Origin: an uncultured Alphaproteobacteria bacterium
GTDB taxonomy: Bacteria; Pseudomonadota; Alphaproteobacteria; Methylaequorales; Methylaequoraceae
DNA length: 64,000 nucleotides
Direction: 5' to 3'
NCBI GenBank assembly: GCA_902613995.1
Contig: CACMJG010000002.1
Span: 74,922 to 138,921 of the forward strand
Shown here: positions 55,222-64,000 of the stretch, in pieces
Layout: every line of letters starts with the position of its first letter
How positions within the stretch are numbered: position 1 is the first letter of the stretch
Position numbers and translations under genes: made by a program
Notes under the pieces: model-generated
Database searches by the model: none
The model's input: only the letters and a program-made list of their open reading frames with translations
What the model was told of the DNA's origin: nothing

Positions 55222-55818
55222 CTACTTTGGTTCATTAGGTTTGTCTCCAGCATTTTCTGTTTTTATTTCTTCAGAAGTACTTGGTTGTGGATCAGCGGGT
55301 TGTGCTGCTGCTTCTGGTTTTTTTTCTTCAGGAGCACTTGGTTGTGGGTCAACGGGTTGTGCTGCTGCTTCTGGTTTTTTTTCTTCAGGAGCACTTGGTT
55401 GTGGGTCAACGGGTTGTGCTGCTGCCTGGTCTTTTGTAACTGAAGTTTCTTCAACTGCATTTTTTACTTCTTGTTTTGATTTAAGTTTTTCTTCTTTTGC
55501 CTTTAATTTTTCAAGTGTTTTCTTTTTTGGTTTGTCTTGTTTGGTTTGTTTCGGAATCGAAGGTTTTTTTGCTAATCCTTCGTTGGCTAAAAACTTTGTT
55601 ACTCTATCTGTAGGTTTGGCACCCACAGAAAGCCAATATTTTATTCTTTCAATATTTAAACTTATTCTTTCAGGGTCATTCTTTTGTTTCATTGGGTTGT
55701 ATGTTCCTAGTCTTTCAAGATATCTTCCGTCTCTCGGCGATCTTATATCTGCAGCAACAATTCTGTAATAGGGTCTTTTTTTTGAACCACCTCTTGATAA
55801 TCTTAGTGATACTGACAT
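55222..55818 (-). CDS. rpsP: 30S ribosomal protein S16, with a long repeat-containing C-terminal extension.
   Basis: Core [43 protein letters not shown] ~110-aa Lys/Pro/Glu-rich tail carries three 19-aa tandem repeats ([18 protein letters not shown]). Confidence 0.9.
   Translation of the reverse strand: MSVSLRLSRGGSKKRPYYRIVAADIRSPRDGRYLERLGTYNPMKQKNDPERISLNIERIKYWLSVGAKPTDRVTKFLANEGLAKKPSIPKQTKQDKPKKKTLEKLKAKEEKLKSKQEVKNAVEETSVTKDQAAAQPVDPQPSAPEEKKPEAAAQPVDPQPSAPEEKKPEAAAQPADPQPSTSEEIKTENAGDKPNEPK
55268..55430. repeat. 57-bp tandem repeat of about 2.8 copies inside the rpsP C-terminal extension.
   Basis: Copies begin at 55268, 55325 and 55382. Copies 2 and 3 are identical over ~45 nt. Copy 1 has a few substitutions. 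The period is a multiple of 3, so it stays in frame. Confidence 0.85.
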
Positions 55819-55831
55819 TAAATTTTCCTTT

Positions 55832-57211
55832 CTATTGTATTGGTTTATTTTTGTTAATTAAGCTTTGAACGTCGCCAAATTGACCACTATTCATAATACT
55901 ATCCATGTTTTTATTTTTTCCCATTTTTTTCATCATTTGACTCATTTTTTTAAATTGTTTAAGCAATTTATTAATATCTTGAACATTAGTGCCGGATCCT
56001 TTTGAGATTCTTATTTTTCTTGAGGCTTTAACTAACTCTGGGTGTATTCTCTCTCTAGGAGTCATAGAATTAATAATCGCTTTTTGTTTTTTAAAAACGT
56101 CATTATTTTCCATTTTTTCTTCCATCTTTTCTTTAAGTCCAGAGAGACCTGGTAAGTATTTTAACACACTCTGAATTCCTCCCATTTTAGTCAATTGATC
56201 AAGTTGTTTTGAATAGTCGAGTAAAGTAAATCTTCCTTTCAGAAATTTTTGTTGCATTTGTTTGGCTTCCTGTTCATCTATTTCTTCGGAAGCTTTTTCA
56301 ACCAAAGTGACCACATCTCCCATTCCTAAAATTCTGTTTGCTATTCTATCTGGATGAAATATTTCTATGTCGTCTATTTTTTCTCCAGTACCCATAAATT
56401 TGATTGGTTTCTGAGTAACATGTCTCATTGAAAGTGCAGCACCGCCCCTTGAATCACCATCAATTCTTGTTAAAATTATCCCAGTTAAATTTACTTGCTC
56501 TGAAAAGTTTTTTGCTGTGTTAACTGCATCTTGACCTGTCATAGAATCTGAAACCAATAATATTTCAGAAAAATTAAATTTTTCTGAAATTTCTTTTACT
56601 TCATTCATCATTTTAGTGTCTATATGATTTCTTCCAGCGCTATCTAGAATTAAAATGTCAAAGTTAGATTTTTTAGCAGACTCAATAGCAATTTGAGCTA
56701 TTTGTAGTGGTGACTTGTTTTCTTGTGATTCTAATGTTGCTATGTCGTTATCTGCTCCAAGTTTTATTAGTTGCTCTTGTGCAGCTGGCCTATATATATC
56801 GAGCGATGCCATCATTATTTTTTTATTATTGTTTTTAGTTATCCACCTTGCAAGCTTAGCAGATGTTGTTGTTTTTCCCGAGCCTTGAAGACCAACCATA
56901 AGAAAAAGCACTGGAGTTTTAGCGTTTAGTTTTAAACTGTCGTTTTCGGAACCCAAAAGTTCAGTAAGTTGGTCATTCACAATTTTTATAATCATTTGAT
57001 CTGGAGAAATACTTTTTATGACTTCTTGACCAATTGCCTTGGATTTGACATCTTCTATAAAATCTTTTGCAACAGAAAGAGATACATCTGATTCAAGTAA
57101 GGCAATCCTGATTTCTCTCATTACATTTTGTAGGGATGAGTCGTCAATGACACCACTCCCCTTAATTTTATCAAAAATATTTGATATTTTATTTGTCAGA
57201 TTTTCAAACAT
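55832..57211 (-). CDS. ffh: Signal recognition particle protein Ffh.
   Basis: NG domain ([15 protein letters not shown]) and a Met-rich M domain. Confidence 0.95.
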   Translation of the reverse strand: MFENLTNKISNIFDKIKGSGVIDDSSLQNVMREIRIALLESDVSLSVAKDFIEDVKSKAIGQEVIKSISPDQMIIKIVNDQLTELLGSENDSLKLNAKTPVLFLMVGLQGSGKTTTSAKLARWITKNNNKKIMMASLDIYRPAAQEQLIKLGADNDIATLESQENKSPLQIAQIAIESAKKSNFDILILDSAGRNHIDTKMMNEVKEISEKFNFSEILLVSDSMTGQDAVNTAKNFSEQVNLTGIILTRIDGDSRGGAALSMRHVTQKPIKFMGTGEKIDDIEIFHPDRIANRILGMGDVVTLVEKASEEIDEQEAKQMQQKFLKGRFTLLDYSKQLDQLTKMGGIQSVLKYLPGLSGLKEKMEEKMENNDVFKKQKAIINSMTPRERIHPELVKASRKIRISKGSGTNVQDINKLLKQFKKMSQMMKKMGKNKNMDSIMNSGQFGDVQSLINKNKPIQ

Positions 57212-57241
57212 TTCTCTCTAATAATTACAAACAAAAAAAGC

Positions 57242-57264
57242 CAGTGCACGATACTCGTGGACTG
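57242..57264. promoter_or_regulatory. GC-rich imperfect hairpin in the ffh/dapF divergent intergenic region.
   Basis: CAGTGCACGA-TAC-TCGTGGACTG forms 9 of 10 base pairs with a 3-nt loop. It is a GC island in an otherwise 85-90% AT spacer. Confidence 0.3.
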
Positions 57265-57332
57265 ACTGAATTTATTAATTGTGTTTATATCAAAAAACAA
57301 TTAATCCTTAAAGTAATTTATTTATAATTACA

Positions 57333-58166
57333 ATGACTGAATTTAAGTTTCTAAAAGCACATGGCCTGGGAAATGATTTTGTAATTTTTACAGAACATTC
57401 TAAATTAAATATTTCAAAGAAGTTAGTAAAGTTTTTATCCGATAGAAAAAAAGGAGTGGGTTGTGACTTGACCGTTTTTTTGAATAAATCAGAAAATAAT
57501 TATTCTGATCTAGTTGCTAGATTTTTCAATAAGGATGGGTCAGAGGCAGAAGTTTGCGGAAATGCATTGAGATGTATAGGAAATTACTACTTTAAAAAAT
57601 TTAATAAAAAAAATGTGACTGTTGAGACAAATTCAGGATTGATCGATGTTGAGAAAAATATCAATGAAAAAATATCAGTTGATCTTGGAAAACCAAATAT
57701 TTCGTGGGATAAAATTCCAATTAAAATTGATGTGGATACTCAAAATTTAGATTTTGATTTTGATTATCTTAAAGGAGGTTTTACTGTTAATGTTGGAAAT
57801 CCACATGTAATTTTTTTTGTTGATAACCTAAATGAAAGCGAATTAAAGAAAGACTCGGAAAAAATCATTAAAACTAATTTTTTCCCAAATGGGGTAAACG
57901 TTAGTATTGTTAAAGTTTTATCCAGAAGCAAGGTAAATATCCTGACGTATGAAAGAGGTGTTGGAATTACAGATGCATGCGGTTCGGGAGCTGGAGCTTC
58001 AGTTTTTGCCTCCAATAAATTAAATTTTTGTGATAAATATGTTGAGGTATCAATGGCTGGAGGCAATCTATTTGTTGAAATAACAAGAGATGAGCATATT
58101 TTAACTATCGGAGAAGCAAAAGATGTATTTGTAGGTCAAATTAATTTGAAGGACTATGTACTATGA
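57333..58166 (+). CDS. dapF: Diaminopimelate epimerase.
   Basis: FLKAHGLGNDFVIF N-terminus and active-site Cys motifs (GNALRC; DACGSGAGA). Confidence 0.9.
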   Translation: MTEFKFLKAHGLGNDFVIFTEHSKLNISKKLVKFLSDRKKGVGCDLTVFLNKSENNYSDLVARFFNKDGSEAEVCGNALRCIGNYYFKKFNKKNVTVETNSGLIDVEKNINEKISVDLGKPNISWDKIPIKIDVDTQNLDFDFDYLKGGFTVNVGNPHVIFFVDNLNESELKKDSEKIIKTNFFPNGVNVSIVKVLSRSKVNILTYERGVGITDACGSGAGASVFASNKLNFCDKYVEVSMAGGNLFVEITRDEHILTIGEAKDVFVGQINLKDYVL

Positions 58167-59401
58167 AAAAAGAAGATACAAAAGTTATTAATCTAGGTTG
58201 TAGACTCAATTTTTTTGAGTCAGAAGTTATTAAGAATATTCTTAATCAGGAAAACTTAGAAAAAAAGATTGTCATAAACACTTGTGCTGTTACTAATCAA
58301 GCTGTTCGAAAATCAATTAATGAAGTCAAAAAGGCATCTAGAAAATTCCCTAACTATCAGATTTATGTAACAGGTTGTGCGAGTCAAGTTAATGAAAAAG
58401 TATTCTCAGATTTAAAAAACGTTCATAAAATTGTTGATAATAAAAGAAAAACTTTACCTGAAAGTTACACTGATCAAGAAATAAAAGAAGAAAAAGATTT
58501 TAATTTTCCTTTCTTAAAAGATTTTTCATCGAGCCGCACAAGAGCAATGCTACAAATACAACAGGGATGTGATCACAGATGTACTTTCTGTATAATTCCT
58601 TATGGTAGAGGTGACTCAAAAAGTTTGCCATTTGATCAGATCAATAAACGAGCTGAGAGATTGATCGAAAGTGGTTATAGTGAAATTGTAATGACAGGGG
58701 TTGATCTGACATCCTATGGCATTGATCTTTCAGGAAAGCCTAAACTTGGGAATATTTTGAGAAGATTGTTAAATTTTCAACCTAAATTAAGAAGATTGAG
58801 ATTATCCTCAATTGATCCAGCAGAAATTGATGACGATTTGATGGATCTTCTATTGAAAGAAAAAAGAATACTTCCTCATCTTCACTTATCCCTTCAGTCA
58901 GGAGATAATTTAATTCTTAAAAGAATGAAAAGAAGGCATAATAGAGAAGAGGTTATAAAACTTTGCCATGATTTACGTCTCGTAAGATCTGATTTCACTT
59001 TTGGAGCTGATATAATTGTTGGATTCCCTACTGAAACAAACCAAATGTTTAAAAATACATTAGAATTGATAGAAACTTGTGAATTTACAAACGTTCATAT
59101 TTTTCCTTATTCACCTAAAGACGGAACTCCGGCATCAAAAATGCCACAGATAAAGGAAGAAGAGAAAAAATTAAGAGTAGAGATTCTTAGGAATAAATGC
59201 AAAGACATTCTCCATCAAAAATTAAATAAAGAAATTGGAAAGTCTTCAAGCATCCTTTTTGAATCCCACAAAATGAGTTATTCTGATGGATACTTTAAGG
59301 TTAAAACTAAGGAAAGTAAAAATTCTATTAAGCCGGGCTCAATGGCTAATGTGAAGATTGTCTCGCGACAAGGAGATTCATTAATTGCTGAATTAAAATA
59401 A
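58163..59401 (+). CDS. mtaB: Radical-SAM methylthiotransferase MtaB (tRNA ms2t6A).
   Basis: MTTase N-terminal Cys triad, radical-SAM CDHRCTFC and a TRAM domain. It keeps the conserved dapF-mtaB-ftsY order. Confidence 0.8.
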   Translation: MKKEDTKVINLGCRLNFFESEVIKNILNQENLEKKIVINTCAVTNQAVRKSINEVKKASRKFPNYQIYVTGCASQVNEKVFSDLKNVHKIVDNKRKTLPESYTDQEIKEEKDFNFPFLKDFSSSRTRAMLQIQQGCDHRCTFCIIPYGRGDSKSLPFDQINKRAERLIESGYSEIVMTGVDLTSYGIDLSGKPKLGNILRRLLNFQPKLRRLRLSSIDPAEIDDDLMDLLLKEKRILPHLHLSLQSGDNLILKRMKRRHNREEVIKLCHDLRLVRSDFTFGADIIVGFPTETNQMFKNTLELIETCEFTNVHIFPYSPKDGTPASKMPQIKEEEKKLRVEILRNKCKDILHQKLNKEIGKSSSILFESHKMSYSDGYFKVKTKESKNSIKPGSMANVKIVSRQGDSLIAELK

Positions 59402-59403
59402 AC

Positions 59404-60315
59404 ATGGTTGTTGGTTGGTTTAAAAAGTTAAAGACAAGTTTATCAAAATCATCAGATAAGATATCTGGTGGAATAAAAAAAATCTTAAAAAGTAAAAAGA
59501 TTGATGAATCCACCTTGCAAGAGTTAGAGGAACTAATGATTTCTTCTGATCTTGGAGTGGAGTCGTCATCAAAAATTATTCAAGAATTGAAAAAATCAAA
59601 ATTACTCAATCCTAGCTCAGAAAAAGTAAAAGAAATTATAAAAAAAAAACTAAAAGAGACTCTTGCCCCTCTTGAAAAAAAGATTGACTTAACAAAAAAT
59701 TTATTTGTTATTTTAGTTGTAGGGGTAAATGGAGTTGGAAAAACTGCTACTATAGGAAAGCTTGCTGATAGATTTTTAAAAGATGGAAAAAAAGTAGGAA
59801 TGGTCGCAGCTGACACTTTTCGTGCAGCAGCAGTGGAGCAGCTAAAAATTTGGGCAGACAGAACGAAATCTGAATTTTTCTCAGCAAAAGAACTTTCTGA
59901 TCCTGCAGCTCTAGCATACAAGTCGGTGATCACAGCAACAGAAAAAAAACTTGATATTCTTCTTATTGATACAGCTGGAAGATTACATAATAAAACTGAT
60001 TTAATGAACGAGTTATCAAAAATAATTAGAGTAATAAAAAAAATTGACGAAACAATTCCAAGTGAAACAATTTTAATTCTCGATGGGAATATTGGTCAAA
60101 ACTCGATCAGACAAGCTGAAGTTTTCAAAGAAATTTGCGATATTGACAGTCTGATAGTAACGAAGCTAGATGGATCAGCCAAAGGTGGTGCTTTGATTCC
60201 AATAGCTGAGAAACTTAAGATTCCAATTTCTTTTATTGGAACCGGTGAATCAAAAGAAGATTTAGCGCAATTTGATGCTGATCAATTTTGCTCTGCTTTG
60301 CTTGGCATAGAATAG
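59404..60315 (+). CDS. ftsY: Signal recognition particle receptor FtsY.
   Basis: NG domain: GVNGVGKTATIGKLA, DTAGRLHNK and TKLDGSAKGG. Confidence 0.95.
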   Translation: MVVGWFKKLKTSLSKSSDKISGGIKKILKSKKIDESTLQELEELMISSDLGVESSSKIIQELKKSKLLNPSSEKVKEIIKKKLKETLAPLEKKIDLTKNLFVILVVGVNGVGKTATIGKLADRFLKDGKKVGMVAADTFRAAAVEQLKIWADRTKSEFFSAKELSDPAALAYKSVITATEKKLDILLIDTAGRLHNKTDLMNELSKIIRVIKKIDETIPSETILILDGNIGQNSIRQAEVFKEICDIDSLIVTKLDGSAKGGALIPIAEKLKIPISFIGTGESKEDLAQFDADQFCSALLGIE

Positions 60316-61469
60316 TCCCTAGAAATTTTCCACAAATATGAGGGGCTACTATCAGATATAACAAGTATATTACCTTCATGATCAATCTCAAAATCTCTTA
60401 TTCTTCCAATTCTTTTGTCATCTTTTATAATTATTTCTTGGTCAATTATTTTGGGTCCCTCAAAAACTAATCTAGCTAATAATTTAGTTTTAGTAGCACT
60501 TACTATTAAATTTTCATTCCATTCGGAAAAGGTTTCACCTTTATAGAATTGAATATTTCCAACAGCGATTGATGGTACCCACGTAATTAAATTTCTGTTG
60601 TATATATCTTTAAAGTCCTTTGTTCCAATCCTTCTTCCAGAATATTCCTTTCCTCCCCAAGCAATATCTTTCCACCCATAATTTCCAGCAAATTTTACAA
60701 TCCCAATATTATCTCCACCCATTGGACCATGTTGTGAAAAGTATATATCGCCATTTTTTGGGGAAATAGCCATTCCTTGTGGATTTCTCATACCTATTTG
60801 ATAGATCTCGGGTAACCAATCTTCAAAACCCAAGTATGCTGGATTATCAGTAGGTATAGTTCCGTTGGTTTTAATTCTAATTATACTACCAGGATGTTTT
60901 TGTGGGTTTTGAGCAATCATTCCTTTATCTCTTTCACCAAAACCCACAAATAAAAAATCATCCTTAATAACAATCCTTGCTCCCCAGTGTTTGTCGGTAT
61001 CAAGTTTAGGTTTTGCTATCAATAACGTTTCTAAGTCTACAATCTCGTTATTTTGAAGTTTACCTCGTGCTACAGCAGTGCTTGAGTAGTTTGATAATCT
61101 TCCAATTTTTGTTTTGTCTTTGAAATCATGACTGTAGGTAAAATATATGTAACCATCAGAATGTTTATAGACATCTAACAATCCACCTTGACCATGTTTA
61201 AATTCAATGTGTGGAATATTATGCTTTATTTGAAAACGGTCACCATTTGAAGTATTGATCTTAAATATGTTGCCTTTTTTTTCAGTCACAAGAATATTAT
61301 CTCTATCTAAAAATGTAATTGCCCACGGATAGTGAAATTCTTCTTGCGAAATTTTTTGAATATTGAGATTTATTTTTGATTTTTTGTAAGTTTTATAGTT
61401 ACTAAAATCGTTACAGTTAGAAATTGAAAAAAAAAAAGTATAAATTAATAAAAAAAAGACATGTATCAT
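60282..61469 (-). CDS. Secreted PQQ-dependent sugar (glucose/sorbosone) dehydrogenase family beta-propeller protein.
   Basis: Signal peptide followed by SGDH-family motifs (GSIIRIKTNGTIPTDNP; FSQHGPMGGD). Confidence 0.6.
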   Translation of the reverse strand: MIHVFFLLIYTFFFSISNCNDFSNYKTYKKSKINLNIQKISQEEFHYPWAITFLDRDNILVTEKKGNIFKINTSNGDRFQIKHNIPHIEFKHGQGGLLDVYKHSDGYIYFTYSHDFKDKTKIGRLSNYSSTAVARGKLQNNEIVDLETLLIAKPKLDTDKHWGARIVIKDDFLFVGFGERDKGMIAQNPQKHPGSIIRIKTNGTIPTDNPAYLGFEDWLPEIYQIGMRNPQGMAISPKNGDIYFSQHGPMGGDNIGIVKFAGNYGWKDIAWGGKEYSGRRIGTKDFKDIYNRNLITWVPSIAVGNIQFYKGETFSEWNENLIVSATKTKLLARLVFEGPKIIDQEIIIKDDKRIGRIRDFEIDHEGNILVISDSSPSYLWKISRDYSMPSKAEQN

Positions 61470-61522
61470 CTAGAAATATATATTAACTAGTAAAATTATA
61501 TTAAACTAATTTTTTAATAAAA

Positions 61523-61975
61523 ATGGATAAAAGTTACTATCTCAAGAAGCATGGATATTTTTTAGAGGACTTAAAAATTAATCAGGAAGCCCATTACAAA
61601 AAAAAAATTTCCGAAAACGATATCAATCTTTTTTCAAAGGTATCTGGTGACAATAATCCAATTCACATGGACGAAAAATTCGCTCGAAGCTCAATTTTTA
61701 AAAAAAGAATTGCACACGGTTTTTTATCAGGAAGCCTAATTTCAACTGTTATAGCGACACAACTACCAGGCCCTGGAAGTATTTATTTGAATCAGACTTT
61801 AAAATTCCTAGCTCCTGTTTTTATAGGAGATACAATAACTGCAATAGTTACAATTAAGAAAATCGAAATTGAAAAGAGAAAAGTCAATTTATTGACTGAA
61901 TGTTTTAATTCAAAACAAAAAATTCTTACAGGACAAGCTGATATTTTAGTTTCGAAAAAAAAAGATTTTGTCTAA
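61523..61975 (+). CDS. MaoC-like (R)-specific enoyl-CoA hydratase (PhaJ-type).
   Basis: SGDNNPIHMDEKFA...RIAHGFLSGSLIS single hot-dog hydratase motifs in a 150-aa product. Confidence 0.7.
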   Translation: MDKSYYLKKHGYFLEDLKINQEAHYKKKISENDINLFSKVSGDNNPIHMDEKFARSSIFKKRIAHGFLSGSLISTVIATQLPGPGSIYLNQTLKFLAPVFIGDTITAIVTIKKIEIEKRKVNLLTECFNSKQKILTGQADILVSKKKDFV

Positions 61976-62932
61976 ATGAGAGTTTTTAGAACAACAAAAA
62001 TTCCTCAAGAATACATGAATTCTTCGATAGCAATAGGTAACTTTGATGGAATGCATCAGGGGCATCAGGCCGTAATAAACACAGCAAAAAAAAATTCAAA
62101 AACTAAAAACACTAAATTTGGTGTTTTAACATTTGAGCCACACCCAAAATGTTATTTTAACAAACAATATGATTATTTCAGATTAACTCCATTCAGAGAA
62201 AAATTTGAAATTTTCAAATTAGCAAAAATAGATTTTTTAATAAACATTAGATTCGACCACACATTTTTAAATAAAACTGCGAAATCTTTTATTGAAATTG
62301 ATCTAATTAAAAACCTTCGCGTAAATACTGTTGTTACAGGATTTGATTTCGTTTTTGGAAATAAAAAAATGGGGAATGTAAAATATATCAATGATTACGT
62401 AAACAAGACAAAAGCTTTTAATTTTATTGTTGTTCCTGAGGTACGAAATTCTGATAATGTTGAAATCTCCTCTTCAAACATAAGAGCATTATTGAAAAAA
62501 GGGGATTTAGATCAAGCTAATAGTTTATTGACACGAAAGTGGTCTATCACAGGAAACATTCAAAAAGGTGAAAAAAAAGCAAGGCAAATTGGGTTTAGAA
62601 CAGCGAATATTCAGACTAATAAGTTTTGTCAGATTAGAAGAGGTGTTTACTCAGTAATACTAAAGATTCCAAAGAAATTTGGGCAGAAAAAATTCTTCGG
62701 CATTGCGAATTTTGGGATTAAACCTACATTCAATAAAACAAACCCTCTGCTTGAAGTACACATTTTTAACTTCGAGAACGATATTTATCATGAAAGAATA
62801 AAAGTAACTTTTTACAAGTTTATAAGAGAGGAAAAAAAATTTGAATCAGTTGAGAAATTGAAGGATCAGATTATAAAAGATATTAATCAAGTAAAAAATG
62901 ACAAACTATTCAAAAACAATCAATCTTCCTAA
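61976..62932 (+). CDS. ribF: Bifunctional riboflavin kinase / FMN adenylyltransferase.
   Basis: IGNFDGMHQGHQ N-terminus and a C-terminal riboflavin kinase domain. It is adjacent to ileS. Confidence 0.9.
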   Translation: MRVFRTTKIPQEYMNSSIAIGNFDGMHQGHQAVINTAKKNSKTKNTKFGVLTFEPHPKCYFNKQYDYFRLTPFREKFEIFKLAKIDFLINIRFDHTFLNKTAKSFIEIDLIKNLRVNTVVTGFDFVFGNKKMGNVKYINDYVNKTKAFNFIVVPEVRNSDNVEISSSNIRALLKKGDLDQANSLLTRKWSITGNIQKGEKKARQIGFRTANIQTNKFCQIRRGVYSVILKIPKKFGQKKFFGIANFGIKPTFNKTNPLLEVHIFNFENDIYHERIKVTFYKFIREEKKFESVEKLKDQIIKDINQVKNDKLFKNNQSS

Positions 62933-62945
62933 GACCAACTTTAGC

Positions 62946-64000
62946 ATGAAAGCTAACTTGTCAGAAAAGGAAAACCAATGGCTTGAATTTTGGCATAAAA
63001 ATAAAATTTATGACAAACTAAAAAAAAAAAATAAAAGAAATATTAAGTATGTTTTACATGATGGTCCACCTTATGCAAATGGTGACCTTCATCTTGGCCA
63101 TGCCTTGAATAAAATTTTAAAAGATGTAATTTGCAGATTTAAATTTCAGAGCGCAATGAACGTTGAATATGTACCTGGTTGGGATTGTCACGGACTCCCA
63201 ATTGAATGGAAGGTTGAGGAACAGTTTAGAAAATCTGGGAAAAAAAAATCGGAAGTTAATTTGCAAACATTCAGAGAAGAATGCAGACAGTTTGCAAAGA
63301 AATGGGTAAGTATTCAGAGAGATCAATTTAATAGATTTGGAATTCAGACTGATTGGGAAGAAATTTATTTAACAATGAATAAAAACTCGGAAGTAACGAT
63401 TGTATCTGAGTTGTTGAAATTTCTGGAATCAGAACAGTTATATCTTGGATTTAAACCAGTAATGTGGTCTGTTGTTGAACAAACCGCATTAGCTGAAGCT
63501 GAAATAGAGTATTTAGAAAAAAAATCAAAAGCAATTTACGTAAAATTTCCAGTAGAAAACTTTTTGGAAAACGTAAGTGTAATTATCTGGACTACGACAC
63601 CTTGGACTATTCCATGCAATAAGGCAATTGCCTTTTCAAATGATCTTAAATATTCATTAATTGAAATTGATAAGGATATTAAAAGTCTCGCATTAAATAA
63701 AAATGACAAGATTATATTAGCCGATAATTTGGTTCAAAATTTTTGTGAAAGTCATTCAATTAGCAACTTTTCAAAAGTAAGTTCTGTTGATTCAGAAAAA
63801 CTTAAGCAACTAAAATGTCAACATCCACTCAGAAATTTAGGATTTGATCATTCAGTCAGTTTATTTGAAGCTGAGCACGTTACTGATGAGGCTGGTACAG
63901 GGTTAGTTCATATAGCGCCAAATCATGGAGTTGAAGACTTTGAAGTTGGTATAAAAAATGACCTGGATAATTTGCCTACAGTAGATAATTCTGGAGTATA
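62946..64000 (+). CDS. ileS: Isoleucyl-tRNA synthetase, 5' partial that runs off the window end.
   Basis: HDGPPYANGDLHLGHALNKILKD HIGH motif. The frame stays open to position 64000. It is missing from the ORF track because it is truncated. Confidence 0.9.
   Translation, partial: MKANLSEKENQWLEFWHKNKIYDKLKKKNKRNIKYVLHDGPPYANGDLHLGHALNKILKDVICRFKFQSAMNVEYVPGWDCHGLPIEWKVEEQFRKSGKKKSEVNLQTFREECRQFAKKWVSIQRDQFNRFGIQTDWEEIYLTMNKNSEVTIVSELLKFLESEQLYLGFKPVMWSVVEQTALAEAEIEYLEKKSKAIYVKFPVENFLENVSVIIWTTTPWTIPCNKAIAFSNDLKYSLIEIDKDIKSLALNKNDKIILADNLVQNFCESHSISNFSKVSSVDSEKLKQLKCQHPLRNLGFDHSVSLFEAEHVTDEAGTGLVHIAPNHGVEDFEVGIKNDLDNLPTVDNSGV

Noticed and set aside
55241-55768. 175-aa plus-strand ORF rich in Gly/Cys/Ala/Ser with internal repeats.
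   Set aside because: It is the antisense reading of the rpsP tandem repeat and extension. Its repetitiveness is inherited from the S16 repeat and it has no independent support.

Overview
The window is a very AT-rich (~30% GC), gene-dense stretch of about 97% coding sequence. It looks like core chromosome from a streamlined free-living alphaproteobacterium; the low GC, long poly-A runs, r-protein tail extensions and conserved alphaproteobacterial gene orders suggest a SAR11/Pelagibacterales-like genome. The taxon is an inference.

Almost everything is recognisable housekeeping:
- the ATP synthase F1 operon (atpHAGDC)
- sdhCDAB, a ZapE/AFG1 ATPase, nadAC, mdh and sucCD
- leuCDB and asd
- rpsP-rimM-trmD-rplS and ffh
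- rplU-rpmA-obg-proBA-nadD-rsfS-rlmH-gpmI-envC-ctpA-rppH
- argH, an LptM-like lipoprotein, lysA and ftsEX
- hisC-tyrC, metXW, dapF-mtaB-ftsY, DUF484-xerC, ribF and ileS

There are no tRNA or rRNA genes, mobile elements or CRISPR arrays, and no phage or defence islands.

The most notable content is metabolic. A compact cluster at 0.2-7.7 kb encodes:
- ethylmalonyl-CoA mutase (ecm)
- crotonyl-CoA carboxylase/reductase (ccr)
- (2S)-methylsuccinyl-CoA dehydrogenase (mcd)
- a HIG1-like twin-TM micro-protein
- a PduO-type cob(I)alamin adenosyltransferase
- electron transfer flavoprotein (etfBA)

This is the core of the ethylmalonyl-CoA pathway. phaA/phaB, a double hot-dog Mch-like hydratase and a PhaJ-like hydratase lie elsewhere in the same window.

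Other second-look items:
- an FtsE with substituted catalytic residues
- a 57-bp tandem repeat building a Pro/Lys/Glu-rich C-terminal tail on ribosomal protein S16
- a rimM whose conserved N-terminus lies upstream of any canonical start codon
- extreme compaction, with divergent start codons 12 nt apart and convergent 3' overlaps up to 34 nt
- a few candidate leader or promoter elements
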